Assembly (NCBI RefSeq): GCF_001194135.2
Contig: NC_068984.1
Location: forward strand, 5,158,833 to 5,193,316
From: Octopus bimaculoides
Lineage: Eukaryota
DNA: 34,484 nt
Direction of reading: 5' to 3'
Below, in pieces: positions 33,521 through 34,484 of the stretch. Both the position numbers and the translations under genes were made by a program. The stretch's first letter is position 1. Each line of letters begins with the position of its first letter. The notes beneath the pieces are model-generated. The model searched no databases and was not told where the DNA came from. It saw nothing but the letters and a program-made list of their open reading frames with translations.

Positions 33521-33768
33521 GCCCGTGGCATATGGCTTAGTGGTTAAGAGCGTGCGCTACTAACCCCAAGATTCCGAGTTCGATTCCAAGCAGTGACCTG
33601 AATGATAATAATAATAACAACAATAACAATAACAACAACAATAACAATAACAACAACAACAACAATAATAATAATAATAATAATGATAATAATAATGATA
33701 ATAATAACAATAAAAAATACCTTAGGAATGTGAACCCAGGTTCCATATTTCCGCAATACACCGGATGA
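33521..33768 (+). mobile_element. Family E SINE: tRNA-derived head, AAT/AAC tract, tail cut at the hammerhead core
   Basis: A-box TGGCTTAGTGG (33533-33543), B-box GAGTTCGATTCC (33576-33587), CAGTGACCTG(AAT/AAC)n, tail 49/56 identical to 4799-4854 (reverse complement), ending CGGATGA. Confidence 0.85.
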
Positions 33769-33957
33769 TTCATTGTCCTTGATACCGGGTCACAACCAGC
33801 CTCTTTAGTTACCGAGGATCTGTCTTACAATCCTTTCAGTTCCCAGTACAGCAGATTTCTGAATTAATGCAACTCAGGTAGTTACACCAGTTTCACTAAG
33901 TGAACTGTTAAGTCTGGCGATCACTGTACCAAAGGCACCTCTAATAACTGGGATTAC
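33769..33957 (-). mobile_element. R4/Dong-clade non-LTR retrotransposon 3' remnant
   Basis: Minus 33957..33805 translates VIPVIRGAFGTVIARLNSSLSETGVTT*VALIQKSAVLGTERIVRQILGN*, matching the R4-clade C-terminus VPVV.GALG..IQK.ALLGT.RILR..L. Confidence 0.8.
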
Positions 33958-33975
33958 TTATGTACAAGGCTTCCA

Positions 33976-34160
33976 CGGTGAGCTGGCAGAATTGCAAGCA
34001 AACCGAACAGACTACTTAGCGGCATTTCGTCCGTCTTTACGTTCTACGTTCAAATTCCGCTGAGGTTGACTTTATCTTTCGTTTAAGTACCAGCTGATCA
34101 CTGGGGTCGATGTAATCGACCGACTACGAACTTGCTGGCCCTGTGCCAAAATTTGAAATC
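33976..34160 (+). mobile_element. Family A SINE
   Basis: CGGTGAGCTGGCAGAA..CGTTCAAATTCC..AAGTACCAG..CTGGGGTCGAT..AAATTTGAAATC. Confidence 0.85.
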
Positions 34161-34363
34161 CTGGCAGAAACGTCAGCATACCGGACGAAATGCTGAGCGG
34201 TATTTCGTCCGTCTTCGAGTTCTGAGTTCAAATTCCGTCGAGGTCGACTTTGCCTTTCCTCCTTTTGGGGTCGATAAATTAAGTACCAGTTAAGTACTGG
34301 GGTCGATATAATATCAACTATCCCCTCCCCCAATTTTCAGGCCTTGTGCTTATAGTAGAAATG

Positions 34364-34365
<2 letters not shown>
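34161..34365 (+). mobile_element. Family A SINE (tandem second copy)
   Basis: CTGGCAGAAACG..GAGTTCAAATTCCGTCGAGGTCGACTTTGCC..GATAAATTAAGTACCAG..GGCCTTGTGCTTATAGTAGAA. Confidence 0.9.
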
Positions 34366-34414
<49 letters not shown>

Positions 34415-34484
34415 CTTCTTCTTCTTCTTCTTCTTCTTCTTCTTCTTCTTCTTCTTCTTCTTCTTCTTCTTCTTCTTCTTCTTC
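34364..34484. repeat. (GTT)n-(CTT)n compound microsatellite
   Basis: Seen directly. Confidence 0.95.

Noticed and set aside
33521-33600. tRNA gene
   Set aside because: A/B boxes are present but there is no acceptor stem or full cloverleaf, and it runs into a SINE body; the same applies to the heads of families A-D.
33761-33770. Idea that the family E copy was truncated by ribozyme self-cleavage
   Set aside because: The break is right after the CUGAUGA-equivalent, not after the GUH site, and coincides with the R4 remnant junction.

Overview
AT-rich eukaryotic, repeat-dominated DNA from a gapped draft assembly (13 N-runs, nearly all flanked by microsatellites). The SINE families and microsatellite load resemble an octopus/coleoid cephalopod genome; this is my inference from recalled sequence and was not checked by search. 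No host protein-coding gene is recognisable, and most ORFs in the track are translated microsatellites or N-runs. The window holds about 25 tRNA-derived SINE copies in five families (my labels A-E), a 5'-truncated CR1/L2-group LINE, an RTE remnant, two or three R4/Dong-clade (RLE endonuclease) 3' remnants mostly tied to (TAA)n tracts, hAT-like MITEs, two minisatellites and a perfect 34-bp inverted repeat. The most interesting signal is four type I hammerhead-ribozyme-like motifs in four unrelated sequence contexts. One has an intact core and sits in the tail of a tRNA-headed SINE (tRNA head, AAT tract, hammerhead). Another, with a long interrupted stem I, lies about 45 bp downstream of the CR1-like LINE stop codon.
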